This document shows, piece after piece, positions 39,288 to 48,111 of a DNA stretch of 64,000 nucleotides (position 1 is the stretch's first letter; every line of letters starts with the position of its first letter). The position numbers and the translations under genes were made by a program. Source of the DNA: a phage; sequence record OZ335962.1; one strand, given 5' to 3'. A model generated the notes under the pieces. It was not told the DNA's origin. It did not search any database and saw only the letters and a program-made list of their open reading frames with translations.

Positions 39288-39761
39288 TTATTTGAATGAT
39301 TTGACGTACTGAATAGAGCCTTTGCTATTCACGAAAGCGATTTTACCATTTTTGTTATACATGGTAGCAGTACGCTGATAGCCATAAGTTTGCTTACCAG
39401 ATTGATAACCAACTAGTGCGAAATTATCTTCACCCATTTTATTCTGCTTAGCGCGGATACGTTCATGACCGTGCGCCATAAGAACCTTAGCATCACCAGT
39501 TGCAATGGATCTACGAGTTTTTTCATCTTCAACTGTATTAACAAAGTCGTCAAATGAATCAAATTTAGCATGAGATTTATTATACAGTTTTCCATCTACT
39601 GCATAATTATATCCCTGTACATCCATCTCAACTTCTGTACCATCATCTAATACAGCAGTGATTTTTTGACCTTTTTTAAATTTCAAAAGATCAGTAAAAG
39701 ATTCAGCAATAATTTGAGAATTAATAGCTGCTTCAGTGATAAATTCTTGATATGTTTTCAT
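39288..39761 (-). CDS. internal protein (capsid-targeted, CTS-bearing)
   Basis: 157 aa beginning MKTYQEFITEA, the capsid targeting sequence consensus of T4 internal proteins; adjacent to denV and e like the T4 ipII/ipIII locus. Confidence 0.7.
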   Translation of the reverse strand: MKTYQEFITEAAINSQIIAESFTDLLKFKKGQKITAVLDDGTEVEMDVQGYNYAVDGKLYNKSHAKFDSFDDFVNTVEDEKTRRSIATGDAKVLMAHGHERIRAKQNKMGEDNFALVGYQSGKQTYGYQRTATMYNKNGKIAFVNSKGSIQYVKSFK

Positions 39762-39770
39762 GTGTTTCCT

Positions 39771-40187
39771 TTAAATGTAAATATTTTTGCCGTAGTATTT
39801 ATACCAGTGTGGCTTCATTAAAATTTTTTCATCGAGTCGTTGTTGACTCAATTTAATAGCCGATTTGCATTGGTTATAATCATTTTTCCATTCTGCTGGA
39901 ATATCGCTGATGTCAGGAACTTCAGTATCTTTTATACTAAACCCACGTTTTAAGCATTCCGCTATAATGTCTGATTGACGCTTTCGCAAAAATTCTAACT
40001 TATCATAAAAGAACGTAACATGACCAGAACCTAAAATAAACTCGGAAGATATTTTAAAATCTTTAACCCGCTTACCATTTGCCACATGTTTACGAACTAT
40101 ACCAAAAACACGTGGCAATTCACGGTATTCTGCGATTAAATGTTGATCAGCAAGTTCAGATACTAAAGTCAAATTAATACGAGTCAT
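39771..40187 (-). CDS. denV: endonuclease V (pyrimidine dimer DNA glycosylase)
   Basis: 138 aa, matches recalled T4 endonuclease V ([33 protein letters not shown]..). Confidence 0.93.
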   Translation of the reverse strand: MTRINLTLVSELADQHLIAEYRELPRVFGIVRKHVANGKRVKDFKISSEFILGSGHVTFFYDKLEFLRKRQSDIIAECLKRGFSIKDTEVPDISDIPAEWKNDYNQCKSAIKLSQQRLDEKILMKPHWYKYYGKNIYI

Positions 40188-40200
40188 TTTATCCCTCCTA

Positions 40201-40241
40201 GAATTGTGAATATACTATCACAATTCTAGGAGAAAGTAAAC
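40201..40241 (-). promoter_or_regulatory. early promoter of denV with palindrome over the -10
   Basis: GTTTAC -35 (40236-40241), -10 TAGTAT; perfect 9-bp inverted repeat GAATTGTGA/TCACAATTC (40201-40209, 40218-40226) brackets the -10. Confidence 0.55.
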
Positions 40242-40245
40242 AACT

Positions 40246-40776
<531 letters not shown>

Positions 40777-41232
40777 TTAAAAGAGGCTGTTCATTATTCG
40801 GTAAAGTGAAGGACCCATCACATATTGCCACTGAGTACGAGGAATAAGAGCAAAAGCATCCATCTCTGGAATCATAACGCCATCTTTATTTTCAAAATAA
40901 GACTCGCAATGGCAATTTCTAAACATCTCATGCTCTACTGGAATCGTATAATAAAATAACTGTAAGTCTTTATTACTAGAATATTTAAATACACCTAAGT
41001 CTTCTAGAAGGTCTGGATTATAATCGATAAAACCAGTCTCTTCTGAGCATTCTCTTTTTGCAGCTTCCAGTGCATTCAAATCAGAACTTTCTACACGCCC
41101 CTTTGGAATATCCCAGCGATGTGCCATCATTCCAGGTTTACGAGAACCGGTAACTCGTCCCATAAATAAATCTTTATCTTCTGTCATAAAGATAATACCA
41201 GCTGATAATGTTTTCATTTTAATTTCCTGCAT
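40777..41232 (-). CDS. nudE: Nudix hydrolase
   Basis: 151 aa as in T4 NudE; Nudix box GRVESSDLNALEAAKRECSEETG. Confidence 0.85.
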   Translation of the reverse strand: MQEIKMKTLSAGIIFMTEDKDLFMGRVTGSRKPGMMAHRWDIPKGRVESSDLNALEAAKRECSEETGFIDYNPDLLEDLGVFKYSSNKDLQLFYYTIPVEHEMFRNCHCESYFENKDGVMIPEMDAFALIPRTQWQYVMGPSLYRIMNSLF

Positions 41233-41702
41233 TCAGTGATAAAATTATTTAAATTTTGAGCATATTTCTTTTCATCAAAAATCTTTTGTTGTCTGCGCAT
41301 CCGCCATGGCATTTCAATGAACATGTACCATATTCCTGATAATATTGATGCTGTAAAAATATTAACAAGTATAATTAAAAGAATCCAATCTCCCGTTCTG
41401 CCTACTGGACTTTCTCCAAAGAAGCAAAATACAAATGATGTCACAGGAAAACTAATAATATACCACAGAATCATAATCTTATCTGTGAACCAATCAGCGT
41501 TCGTTAATTTAGCGCGACCGTTTCGAATACACACGAATTTATCATCTGTCGCAGTAGATGGCTTAGCTGCTTGATATCCCATTCTAAACTCCCTAATTAA
41601 TCGTTTCTTTGTATCTTCAGAACAGCCGCTCCAGTCAACTCTATCAACTGAAATGCCATCGTCCCCATCATCTAAATCATACCAGCGAGTTTTTAAAATC
41701 AT
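41214..41702 (-). CDS. hypothetical membrane protein (complete copy)
   Basis: 162 aa with C-terminal transmembrane helices; its first 84 codons are exactly duplicated upstream. Confidence 0.6.
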   Translation of the reverse strand: MILKTRWYDLDDGDDGISVDRVDWSGCSEDTKKRLIREFRMGYQAAKPSTATDDKFVCIRNGRAKLTNADWFTDKIMILWYIISFPVTSFVFCFFGESPVGRTGDWILLIILVNIFTASILSGIWYMFIEMPWRMRRQQKIFDEKKYAQNLNNFITECRKLK

Positions 41703-41964
41703 TTAATTTATAATATACCACAGAATCATAATCTTATCTGTGAACCAATCAGCGTTCGTTAATTTAGCGCGACCGTTTCGAATACACACGAATTTATCAT
41801 CTGTCGCAGTAGATGGCTTAGCTGCTTGATATCCCATTCTAAACTCCCTAATTAATCGTTTCTTTGTATCTTCAGAACAGCCGCTCCAGTCAACTCTATC
41901 AACTGAAATGCCATCGTCCCCATCATCTAAATCATACCAGCGAGTTTTTAAAATCATTTAATTT
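41455..41964. repeat. exact 255-bp tandem duplication (2 copies)
   Basis: Copy 1 41455-41709 and copy 2 41710-41964 appear base-for-base identical by direct reading; in frame, creating a truncated gene copy. Confidence 0.85.
41703..41957 (-). CDS. truncated duplicate of the downstream gene (N-terminal 84 aa)
   Basis: Encodes the identical first 83 residues of ORF 41214-41702 then N-stop; product of a 255-bp tandem duplication. Confidence 0.5.
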   Translation of the reverse strand: MILKTRWYDLDDGDDGISVDRVDWSGCSEDTKKRLIREFRMGYQAAKPSTATDDKFVCIRNGRAKLTNADWFTDKIMILWYIIN

Positions 41965-42316
41965 TCCTACAATCACTCACAAACTCTTCCATTGATTCTT
42001 TTTCAATATAAGACATATAGCTATTATATTCCTTTAATTGTATTTTGTAATCCTTTTTTCTTTGCCAATTTATTTTAAAATTATCATAATGAAAATATAA
42101 CATGGTACCAAAGAATGAAAATAATGAAATCGCTATAGTAAAACGAAGTTCACTCCAAACCTCTATTATAATTACTGTGCCGTCGATGTTTAAAATAAAA
42201 CAGTCAATTAACAATCCAATAAGACTACCCGCAAGAGCTGCAAATACTGATACAGCAAGAATTAATAGTGCCTCAGGAAACGAATATTTGACTTTATTTA
42301 GTTTTGGCTTTTGCAT
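41954..42316 (-). CDS. hypothetical membrane protein
   Basis: 120 aa with two transmembrane helices. Confidence 0.5.
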   Translation of the reverse strand: MQKPKLNKVKYSFPEALLILAVSVFAALAGSLIGLLIDCFILNIDGTVIIIEVWSELRFTIAISLFSFFGTMLYFHYDNFKINWQRKKDYKIQLKEYNSYMSYIEKESMEEFVSDCRKIK

Positions 42317-42690
42317 CGTGATTCCTTAACAAATTTCATAATTTCATCAAATTCATACATATCTAGCTTAAGCTGGTGTTCCTTTTTAATCTTTTTACAC
42401 TGAGCTTTCCAATCACGTACACGTTTACGATAATGTCTTCCTTGATACCAGTATCCTACCCAATTTACAGGTACTAATAAAAGCGGAACTACCAATGGAA
42501 GAATTAGTGTTGCTCCAAATATTACACCAGATTCAATATCAGTCATAACGTCTATAACCATTCCAGCAATCACCAAAATCACAAATGATACAGCTACCAC
42601 AGGACCTATTAACACATCAGTAGAAATTAGCTGACGCTTTGGTTCATACTTCACAGGTTTACTTGGAAGGTATAGTGATGGCTTTGACAT
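42298..42690 (-). CDS. hypothetical membrane protein
   Basis: Likely start ATG 42690 with AAGGAA RBS; two transmembrane helices. Confidence 0.5.
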   Translation of the reverse strand: MSKPSLYLPSKPVKYEPKRQLISTDVLIGPVVAVSFVILVIAGMVIDVMTDIESGVIFGATLILPLVVPLLLVPVNWVGYWYQGRHYRKRVRDWKAQCKKIKKEHQLKLDMYEFDEIMKFVKESRCKSQN

Positions 42691-43273
42691 ATTCTCTACA
42701 TTCCTTAACAAATTTTTCTAATAATAAATCACTTTCAAAATTGGGATTTTCTACGAATTTATCAAAAAGATCATCAACAATAGTTAAGATATTCTTTTTA
42801 CTAAGAATACGCTTATTTTCATATTTTGTTTCAGAGTCAACTATAAGAGTAAAGAAATATTTCTTTCCCTGAAATTTTACCGTAGTATCAATATAAAATA
42901 AATTTGATTTTTGTAAATTACGTTTAAACCATGCATCACTTAAACTATAAACGCCAAGATAATCATAATCGTCGTTTAAATAACAAACCGTCCATTCAGG
43001 AGAAATGAAATCAGTAAATTCAACATCAAAATCACACGTCAATGAATGAATTGATTCAATACTGTTAATGAGTATTCCAGGACGTATTAAAGACTTTTTA
43101 CCTCTAGAAAATCTTCCGGAAAGGCTTTCATCAGTTTCATATGAAGACCCCCAATAGTAATTACGTCCTTCTGCCATGCGTTTAAGAGCATTTAGTAATT
43201 GGTCTGGAACATCAACCTGTCTTTGGAACTCTTCAAACATTGAATTGAAATCACTTTGCATTTTCATTTTCAT
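42659..43273 (-). CDS. hypothetical protein
   Basis: 204-aa ORF with GGAG RBS. Confidence 0.55.
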   Translation of the reverse strand: MKMKMQSDFNSMFEEFQRQVDVPDQLLNALKRMAEGRNYYWGSSYETDESLSGRFSRGKKSLIRPGILINSIESIHSLTCDFDVEFTDFISPEWTVCYLNDDYDYLGVYSLSDAWFKRNLQKSNLFYIDTTVKFQGKKYFFTLIVDSETKYENKRILSKKNILTIVDDLFDKFVENPNFESDLLLEKFVKECREYVKAITIPSK

Positions 43274-43292
43274 TCCTATTTACTCCAAGTAT

Positions 43293-43310
43293 AAGGGGCC
43301 GAAGCCCCTT
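43293..43310 (-). terminator. terminator-like hairpin
   Basis: AAGGGGC-CGAA-GCCCCTT between ORFs 43315-43908 and 42659-43273; weak U-tract. Confidence 0.45.
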
Positions 43311-43314
43311 ATCA

Positions 43315-43908
43315 TTATTTCAGAGAATTAATGTATTCCTGAACATCGGCAGAGGTAGTTTCAACCCCAGAAATATTACCATTAAAGGTTTCAACTCGAG
43401 CAAGGGTATCTTCAATATCAACCTTAGTCAGTGCTGCAATTTCAACTACATCATCGGCAGTACTAATTCCAAGGGCATTTGCCGCACGAGTTTCACGGAT
43501 ATATTCCAATTTAACTGCAAGCTCTTGACGAGCATCATCTAACTCAACTACTTTCTTGGCGATTTCAATTCGCATTTCAGCATAACCGTCAGCCTTAGTA
43601 GTCAACTGCTCAGCTGTTCGACGATATAGTAAACCGAGTTTAGCATGCATTGTTACATCTTGGCCTTCGGAAAGAAGTTTACGAATTTCACGCTCTTTTG
43701 ATTCGGCCTGTCGATTCTTTTCGATAACAAGTTCACGAATACGTTTTTCTTCGTTAATAGATTTAACAGAAGCAGTTTTTAGATCTTTAATTTTATCAAG
43801 TAGTTTTGCTGCTGCAGCAGTATACTGTTCTTCGACAGATAGATTTTTAGCCATAGCAGAACCAAGTTTAGTGCGAATAAACTCAACAATTTTCTTCAGT
43901 GTGTTCAT
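43315..43908 (-). CDS. hypothetical coiled-coil protein
   Basis: 197 aa, alanine/glutamate-rich helical sequence. Confidence 0.5.
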   Translation of the reverse strand: MNTLKKIVEFIRTKLGSAMAKNLSVEEQYTAAAAKLLDKIKDLKTASVKSINEEKRIRELVIEKNRQAESKEREIRKLLSEGQDVTMHAKLGLLYRRTAEQLTTKADGYAEMRIEIAKKVVELDDARQELAVKLEYIRETRAANALGISTADDVVEIAALTKVDIEDTLARVETFNGNISGVETTSADVQEYINSLK

Positions 43909-44012
43909 AGTATTTCCTTAGGTTGATTAAGATTTAAAATCCGTAAAAGTAGTATTATACTCTATCATCAAGTTACAGGCTCATAATATCTCAATCATGA
44001 GCCTATGTAAAC

Positions 44013-44276
44013 TTATTTCATATTATTGAAATATTCTTCTGCGATTTCGTCGTTATCGTGGTAAACTTTAGAAGACAGTTTAACATAACCTTCTGCTGTG
44101 AACATATTAATCACAACCTTTACAGTATACCACTGTCCGTCTTCATTACCCATTACTGCGTAAGTTTCAAACATCGGATGGTCAGGACCGATAACTTTAA
44201 TATCATTCACTGTACGACCGAAATCTTCTGAAACGCATTTCATAAAGAAGTTGAACAGTTCGCCGTAATTATCCAT
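44013..44276 (-). CDS. hypothetical protein
   Basis: Likely start ATG 44276 (MDNYGELFNFF...) with GGAGAA RBS downstream of an early-type promoter. Confidence 0.5.
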   Translation of the reverse strand: MDNYGELFNFFMKCVSEDFGRTVNDIKVIGPDHPMFETYAVMGNEDGQWYTVKVVINMFTAEGYVKLSSKVYHDNDEIAEEYFNNMK

Positions 44277-44320
44277 TTCATTCTCCAAGTTGTTTTTCTG
44301 TATCAGTAGTTGATAGTTGT

Positions 44321-44350
44321 ATAGTACCATGGAAGAACAGGGATGTAAAC
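44321..44350 (-). promoter_or_regulatory. early-type sigma70 promoter
   Basis: GTTTAC -35, 18 bp, TGGTACTAT; upstream of ORF 44013-44276. Confidence 0.6.
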
Positions 44351-44483
44351 CGTTTTGTGAAAAAATTTTTAAAAAGTTTTATGGAATTCTGGGGCAGGGA
44401 GGGGCAATTAAAAGGTAGGATAATATATTATAAAGGGTATAAACTAAATGATGCCTAGAGAGGCCCGGAAAGGCCTAGATACC

Positions 44484-44514
44484 AAAAAGCCCCAACCTTT
44501 TGGTCGGGGTTAAG
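44484..44514 (-). terminator. intrinsic terminator downstream of the ip-like gene
   Basis: CCCCGACC/GGTTGGGG stem followed by TTTTTGG on the minus strand. Confidence 0.6.
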
Positions 44515-44518
44515 AATG

Positions 44519-44992
44519 TTATTTGATTTGTTTAGCAGACCAAATGCGGTCTTTAATAATTTTTTGAATGTCTTCAACATACTCAAGAGAGTGAACGTGT
44601 GGATTATCTTTGAAACTATAAGCACGGGCTAACTTTTGGCCTTCGGTTTTGATTACTAAAAGCTCTTTAAGGATAGCTTCATATTTAGCGATAATTCCTT
44701 TAACGATATTTTTTTCTTGTGCCGCTTTAGGATCTGCTTTAGGAGCAGGTTTACCCGAAGGCTTTGCAAAAGCAGCTCCAGTAGCAACTAAACTTTTCCA
44801 GGCCATACTAACTGCATTTCCCGTAAATCCTTCTGCTTTCATGTCGCGAGCAAATTGGAATCGTGATTCGTCAGAAGCATCTTTATAGGAATATTTACCC
44901 GCTGCAATGGCTGCTTTTGCGACAGCTTGAATTTCGGTGCTAGATGCTTCATTTAACACCGCTTCATTTAAAAATTGAGCATATGATTTCAT
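44519..44992 (-). CDS. internal-protein-like (CTS-bearing) protein
   Basis: 157 aa beginning MKSYAQFLNEA (CTS-like); flanked by near-identical terminator hairpins and preceded by a TATAAATA late promoter. Confidence 0.6.
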   Translation of the reverse strand: MKSYAQFLNEAVLNEASSTEIQAVAKAAIAAGKYSYKDASDESRFQFARDMKAEGFTGNAVSMAWKSLVATGAAFAKPSGKPAPKADPKAAQEKNIVKGIIAKYEAILKELLVIKTEGQKLARAYSFKDNPHVHSLEYVEDIQKIIKDRIWSAKQIK

Positions 44993-45032
44993 CTTATTTC
45001 CTGTTTTAATTCGTGGATTTAATATACTACTA

Positions 45033-45040
45033 TATTTATA
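45033..45040 (-). promoter_or_regulatory. late promoter (TATAAATA)
   Basis: Minus-strand TATAAATA 41 bp upstream of the ip-like gene start at 44992. Confidence 0.5.
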
Positions 45041-45042
45041 CT

Positions 45043-45073
45043 AAAAAGCCCCAACCTTTCGGTCGGGGCTAAG
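45043..45073 (-). terminator. intrinsic terminator upstream of the ip-like cassette
   Basis: Near-identical copy of the 44484-44514 hairpin, followed by CTTTTTAG. Confidence 0.6.
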
Positions 45074-45075
45074 CC

Positions 45076-45376
45076 TTGCGGCAACCTTGTCGGGGTTCCA
45101 CCTGCTAAGGCAAGTGTTTGTACGAAACGCCGGGATTCGAACCCGGTTATTAAGTAGTTGACGCTACTCAATATTTTTAAAAGGCCATATCTCGACCATA
45201 TCCGAACGTTCCGTCAAAAACGCTACTCGGCTTACGGCAAAGATATTTCCTCGAATCGATAATTCGGTGCGCCGTTTCAGCTGTGATAGTAAAGAACCAG
45301 AACACAGTAAAACTGTGGGAGGAACTATACTCCAGGGAACATCAGTCCGACGACTTACCGGTAACGACCCGGTTTC
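45076..45376 (-). ncRNA. candidate stable RNA / tRNA-like element
   Basis: Non-coding 300 bp containing a perfect T-arm (CCGGG-TTCGAAT-CCCGG) and a possible acceptor pairing CGGAACG/CGTTTCG but no canonical cloverleaf; T4 encodes stable RNAs of unknown function near its tRNA cluster. Confidence 0.3.
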
Positions 45377-45727
45377 TTAATATTCTTTTAAAGTATCAAT
45401 CTGTTCACGACGTTTACGCCATAAATCAATTGCTTCATACGCAGATTCAGCATTTCTAATTAGTCGGCATTTGTGTAAAGACTTATGATTTTGATATTGT
45501 GTAGATAACGGAATTTTATCTAAAAGGTCTTTACGTTCAAAGTATTCATAACCATCTAAGCCAAATGAACGATTTTTAAGAAATTGCCAATGACCGTATT
45601 CGTTTTCGACATAAACATAATCTGCGTGCTGATAAAGCAAATTAATTACACGTTCAGAAATAACAGTGTCATTATGATTAAAATAGAATGTTAAATCATG
45701 AACTACTAAATAAACATTACCTTTCAT
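45377..45727 (-). CDS. hypothetical protein
   Basis: 116-aa ORF immediately downstream of tRNA-Arg. Confidence 0.45.
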   Translation of the reverse strand: MKGNVYLVVHDLTFYFNHNDTVISERVINLLYQHADYVYVENEYGHWQFLKNRSFGLDGYEYFERKDLLDKIPLSTQYQNHKSLHKCRLIRNAESAYEAIDLWRKRREQIDTLKEY

Positions 45728-45743
45728 ATTTTCCTCACTTAAT

Positions 45744-45819
45744 TGGTCGAGGCAGTAGGGATCGAACCTACGACCCAGGACTTAGAAGGTCCTTGCTCTT
45801 CCTTCTGAGCTATGCCTCG
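45744..45819 (-). tRNA. tRNA-Arg (anticodon UCU)
   Basis: 76-nt cloverleaf folded by eye: anticodon loop CTTCTAA, T-loop TTCGATC, CCA encoded. Confidence 0.9.
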
Positions 45820-45823
45820 GATT

Positions 45824-45898
45824 TGGCGGACGTGATAGGATTCGAACCTATAACCAATCGCTTAACAGGCGATCGCTCTGCCATTGAGCTACACATCC
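45824..45898 (-). tRNA. tRNA-Asn (anticodon GUU)
   Basis: 75-nt cloverleaf: acceptor GGATGTG/CACGTCC, anticodon stem ATCGC/GCGAT, loop CTGTTAA, T-loop TTCGAAT, CCA encoded. Confidence 0.8.
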
Positions 45899-45902
45899 AA
45901 AT

Positions 45903-45989
45903 TGGTGGGGAGTGATGGAGTCGAACCACCCGAGTCGCAATGACAATGGATTTACAGTCCACACCGCTACCTCTACGGGATAACTCCCC
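45903..45989 (-). tRNA. tRNA-Tyr (anticodon GUA), class II
   Basis: 87 nt: acceptor GGGGAGT/ACTCCCC, anticodon loop CTGTAAA, long variable arm, T-loop TTCGACT, CCA encoded. Confidence 0.75.
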
Positions 45990-45998
45990 AAATTAATT

Positions 45999-46073
45999 TG
46001 GTGGCCCTGGGTGGAATTGAACCACCATCTGGCGATTATGAGTCGCTTGCTTGAACCTTCCAGCTACAGGGCC
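45999..46073 (-). tRNA. tRNA-Ile (anticodon CAU, AUA-reading type)
   Basis: Matches recalled T4 tRNA-Ile (GGCCCTGTAGCTGGAAGG...CTCATAATCG...). Confidence 0.9.
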
Positions 46074-46074
46074 T

Positions 46075-46150
46075 TGGTGCTGATTGACGGAATCGAACCG
46101 CCGACCTTCTCATTACAAGTGAGTTGCTCTACCTACTGAGCTAAATCAGC
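46075..46150 (-). tRNA. tRNA-Thr (anticodon UGU)
   Basis: Matches recalled T4 tRNA-Thr (GCTGATTTAGCTCAGTAGG...). Confidence 0.92.
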
Positions 46151-46155
46151 AAAAC

Positions 46156-46245
46156 TGGCGGAGGCGATAGGATTTGAACCTATGAGTCGCCGGAGCGACT
46201 GCCGGTTTTCAAGACCGGTGCATTAAACCACTCTGCCACGCCTCC
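46156..46245 (-). tRNA. tRNA-Ser (anticodon UGA), class II
   Basis: 90 nt with long variable arm; anticodon loop CTTGAAA. Confidence 0.88.
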
Positions 46246-46247
46246 AG

Positions 46248-46321
46248 TCTCCATACAAGGATTTGAACCTTGGACCTCCTGATCCCAAATCAGGCGCTCT
46301 ACCAAACTGAGCTACACGGAG
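46248..46321 (-). tRNA. tRNA-Pro (anticodon UGG)
   Basis: Matches recalled T4 tRNA-Pro; anticodon loop TTTGGGA; 3' CCA not encoded. Confidence 0.88.
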
Positions 46322-46331
46322 TAAATTAAAT

Positions 46332-46405
<74 letters not shown>

Positions 46406-46410
46406 AAATT

Positions 46411-46497
46411 TGGTGCGAGAAGTGGGACTCGAACCCACAAGGAAATCATTCCGCAGCATTTTAAGTGCTGTGCCTTTACCAATTTGACCATTCTCGC
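46411..46497 (-). tRNA. tRNA-Leu (anticodon UAA), class II
   Basis: Matches recalled T4 tRNA-Leu (GCGAGAATGGTCAAATTGG...). Confidence 0.92.
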
Positions 46498-46498
46498 G

Positions 46499-46571
46499 CT
46501 GGGAATAAAGGACTCGAACCTTTGCATCCTGGAATCAAAATCCAGTGCCTTACCAACTTGGCTAATTCCCA
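46499..46571 (-). tRNA. tRNA-Gln (anticodon UUG)
   Basis: Cloverleaf with anticodon loop TTTTGAT; abuts tRNA-Leu as a dimeric precursor; CCA not fully encoded. Confidence 0.88.
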
Positions 46572-46657
46572 ATTATTAACAAAGGCTCTTAAGCAAGAAC
46601 CCTTGATGATAGAGGGTATTAATCAGTGCGATATGAGTTAATAATAACAAATAATTC

Positions 46658-47173
46658 TTAAAGCAAATTAAACATTTTAACGGTCGGCAAAACAATTTCT
46701 TCTTCTATATAAGAGTATTTAACACTCTCAACTACACGCAAAAAATCATAATCATAATACTCAGAAGCATTACCTAAAATATTAATAAGTCCTTCAAGCA
46801 CTTTATTACCATTCACAAAAAATAAGTCAAATACACGTTCTTCATCTTCTTCAGATTTATTACCAAGATCAACTTCTATGCGAAAGACCTTTTTAATGAA
46901 TTCTGGATAAAGCTGGTCTGAGAACAGTCCTTCAACCAAGTATTCATAAATAAAAAGAGATTGCTCGCTGAACAAACCATTACCGCAATAGCGCTCAATT
47001 TTAGTACTAGAATATCTGCTTTTAAATTTCTTTAAAAGATACTGAAATTGTAAGATTTCATGCTCTTCTACGCCAAACAGTGTTTTAGTTTTATAGTTGT
47101 CACCATCATTTTCCCAGGTAGTGACATCAATTACGTAGCCCTGCGGAATTGTAGTACCTAAACAAATATTCAT
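46658..47173 (-). CDS. hypothetical protein
   Basis: 171-aa acidic ORF between the ip locus and the tRNA cluster. Confidence 0.5.
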   Translation of the reverse strand: MNICLGTTIPQGYVIDVTTWENDGDNYKTKTLFGVEEHEILQFQYLLKKFKSRYSSTKIERYCGNGLFSEQSLFIYEYLVEGLFSDQLYPEFIKKVFRIEVDLGNKSEEDEERVFDLFFVNGNKVLEGLINILGNASEYYDYDFLRVVESVKYSYIEEEIVLPTVKMFNLL

Positions 47174-47176
47174 TTT

Positions 47177-47467
47177 TCACCACGCTGCGTTAATGTAAGT
47201 ATATTTAATACATTCAAGACCCAAAGGATTCTTGAAAATATCATATTCAAGAGGACCTTTTTCTGTTTCAATAAAGAAATCAAAATTTACTGTATTAAAT
47301 TTACGTTCTTCCTTCACTAATTTAACTTGAGAAGATGAACGGTCAATGTAAACCTTTTCAACTTCAAAACATGTTAAAATGCCATAATCATCAATCAAAG
47401 CTTTAGCCGCGTCTTGATCATATTTATATCCATTTTCAATGGATGATACTTTCGCATAAAGAATCAT
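47177..47467 (-). CDS. hypothetical protein
   Basis: 96-aa ORF. Confidence 0.45.
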   Translation of the reverse strand: MILYAKVSSIENGYKYDQDAAKALIDDYGILTCFEVEKVYIDRSSSQVKLVKEERKFNTVNFDFFIETEKGPLEYDIFKNPLGLECIKYTYINAAW

Positions 47468-47469
47468 TA

Positions 47470-47868
47470 TCAGCCTTCATCAACAATAGTGTGAGTATTG
47501 GCATTTACGATTTGCCACCAATCAAAGCGATTAGAATCCATCGGTTTGTTTTCATTTTCTTTGATAATGTCACGGAGTTCATCTTCAGAGAATGCTTTAG
47601 CAATTAAATCGGTATACCCACCACGGGGATAATAATTATCACCTGCAAACAAAAGGAAATTTACCTTCCCGGAAGGAACATATGCTTCCTTAGGATACTT
47701 GTTTCCTGCGTGGTCAACCACTTCAATATAACGGTAAGGAATATCGGTTCTTTCAACCCATTGCCATGCCGCTGCAGGGGAATCGAAAGCATCTACACCT
47801 AAACGATTATCTTCATCTTTAGACGGATTATTTTCGTAATCCGCATATACATAATATTCAACGTTCAT
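47470..47868 (-). CDS. hypothetical protein
   Basis: 132-aa ORF. Confidence 0.5.
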   Translation of the reverse strand: MNVEYYVYADYENNPSKDEDNRLGVDAFDSPAAAWQWVERTDIPYRYIEVVDHAGNKYPKEAYVPSGKVNFLLFAGDNYYPRGGYTDLIAKAFSEDELRDIIKENENKPMDSNRFDWWQIVNANTHTIVDEG

Positions 47869-48053
47869 TATTCACCTTTAGAAATTTTATCCATAACAAT
47901 AGCAATTAAACCAATTAAAAATGCTACTACAAGTGAAAAAACATTTTCTGCCGTAGTCAATAATCCGCATATAAATCCAACAAACATTGAAAAACTGAAA
48001 GCGGAAGCAGAAATTGCAATAGCAACATTTCGAATTAATTCACAACGTTTCAT
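47868..48053 (-). CDS. small membrane protein (61 aa)
   Basis: Likely start ATG 48053 (MKRCELIRNVAIAIS...) with GAGGAGA RBS downstream of an early-type promoter; one transmembrane helix. Confidence 0.5.
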   Translation of the reverse strand: MKRCELIRNVAIAISASAFSFSMFVGFICGLLTTAENVFSLVVAFLIGLIAIVMDKISKGE

Positions 48054-48081
48054 TTTATTCTCCTCAGTAGTTGATAGGGTA

Positions 48082-48111
48082 ATAGTATCACTACCCCATC
48101 TAAAAGTAAAT
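48082..48111 (-). promoter_or_regulatory. early-type promoter (weaker -35 ATTTAC)
   Basis: ATTTAC, 18 bp, TGATACTAT; upstream of the 61-aa membrane ORF. Confidence 0.45.

Larger units (their letters stand above)
44484..45073. repeat. about 30-bp direct repeats flanking the ip-like gene cassette
   Basis: aaaaagccccaaccttt[t/c]ggtcgggg[t/c]taag at 44484-44514 and 45043-45073, 2 mismatches. Confidence 0.7.
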
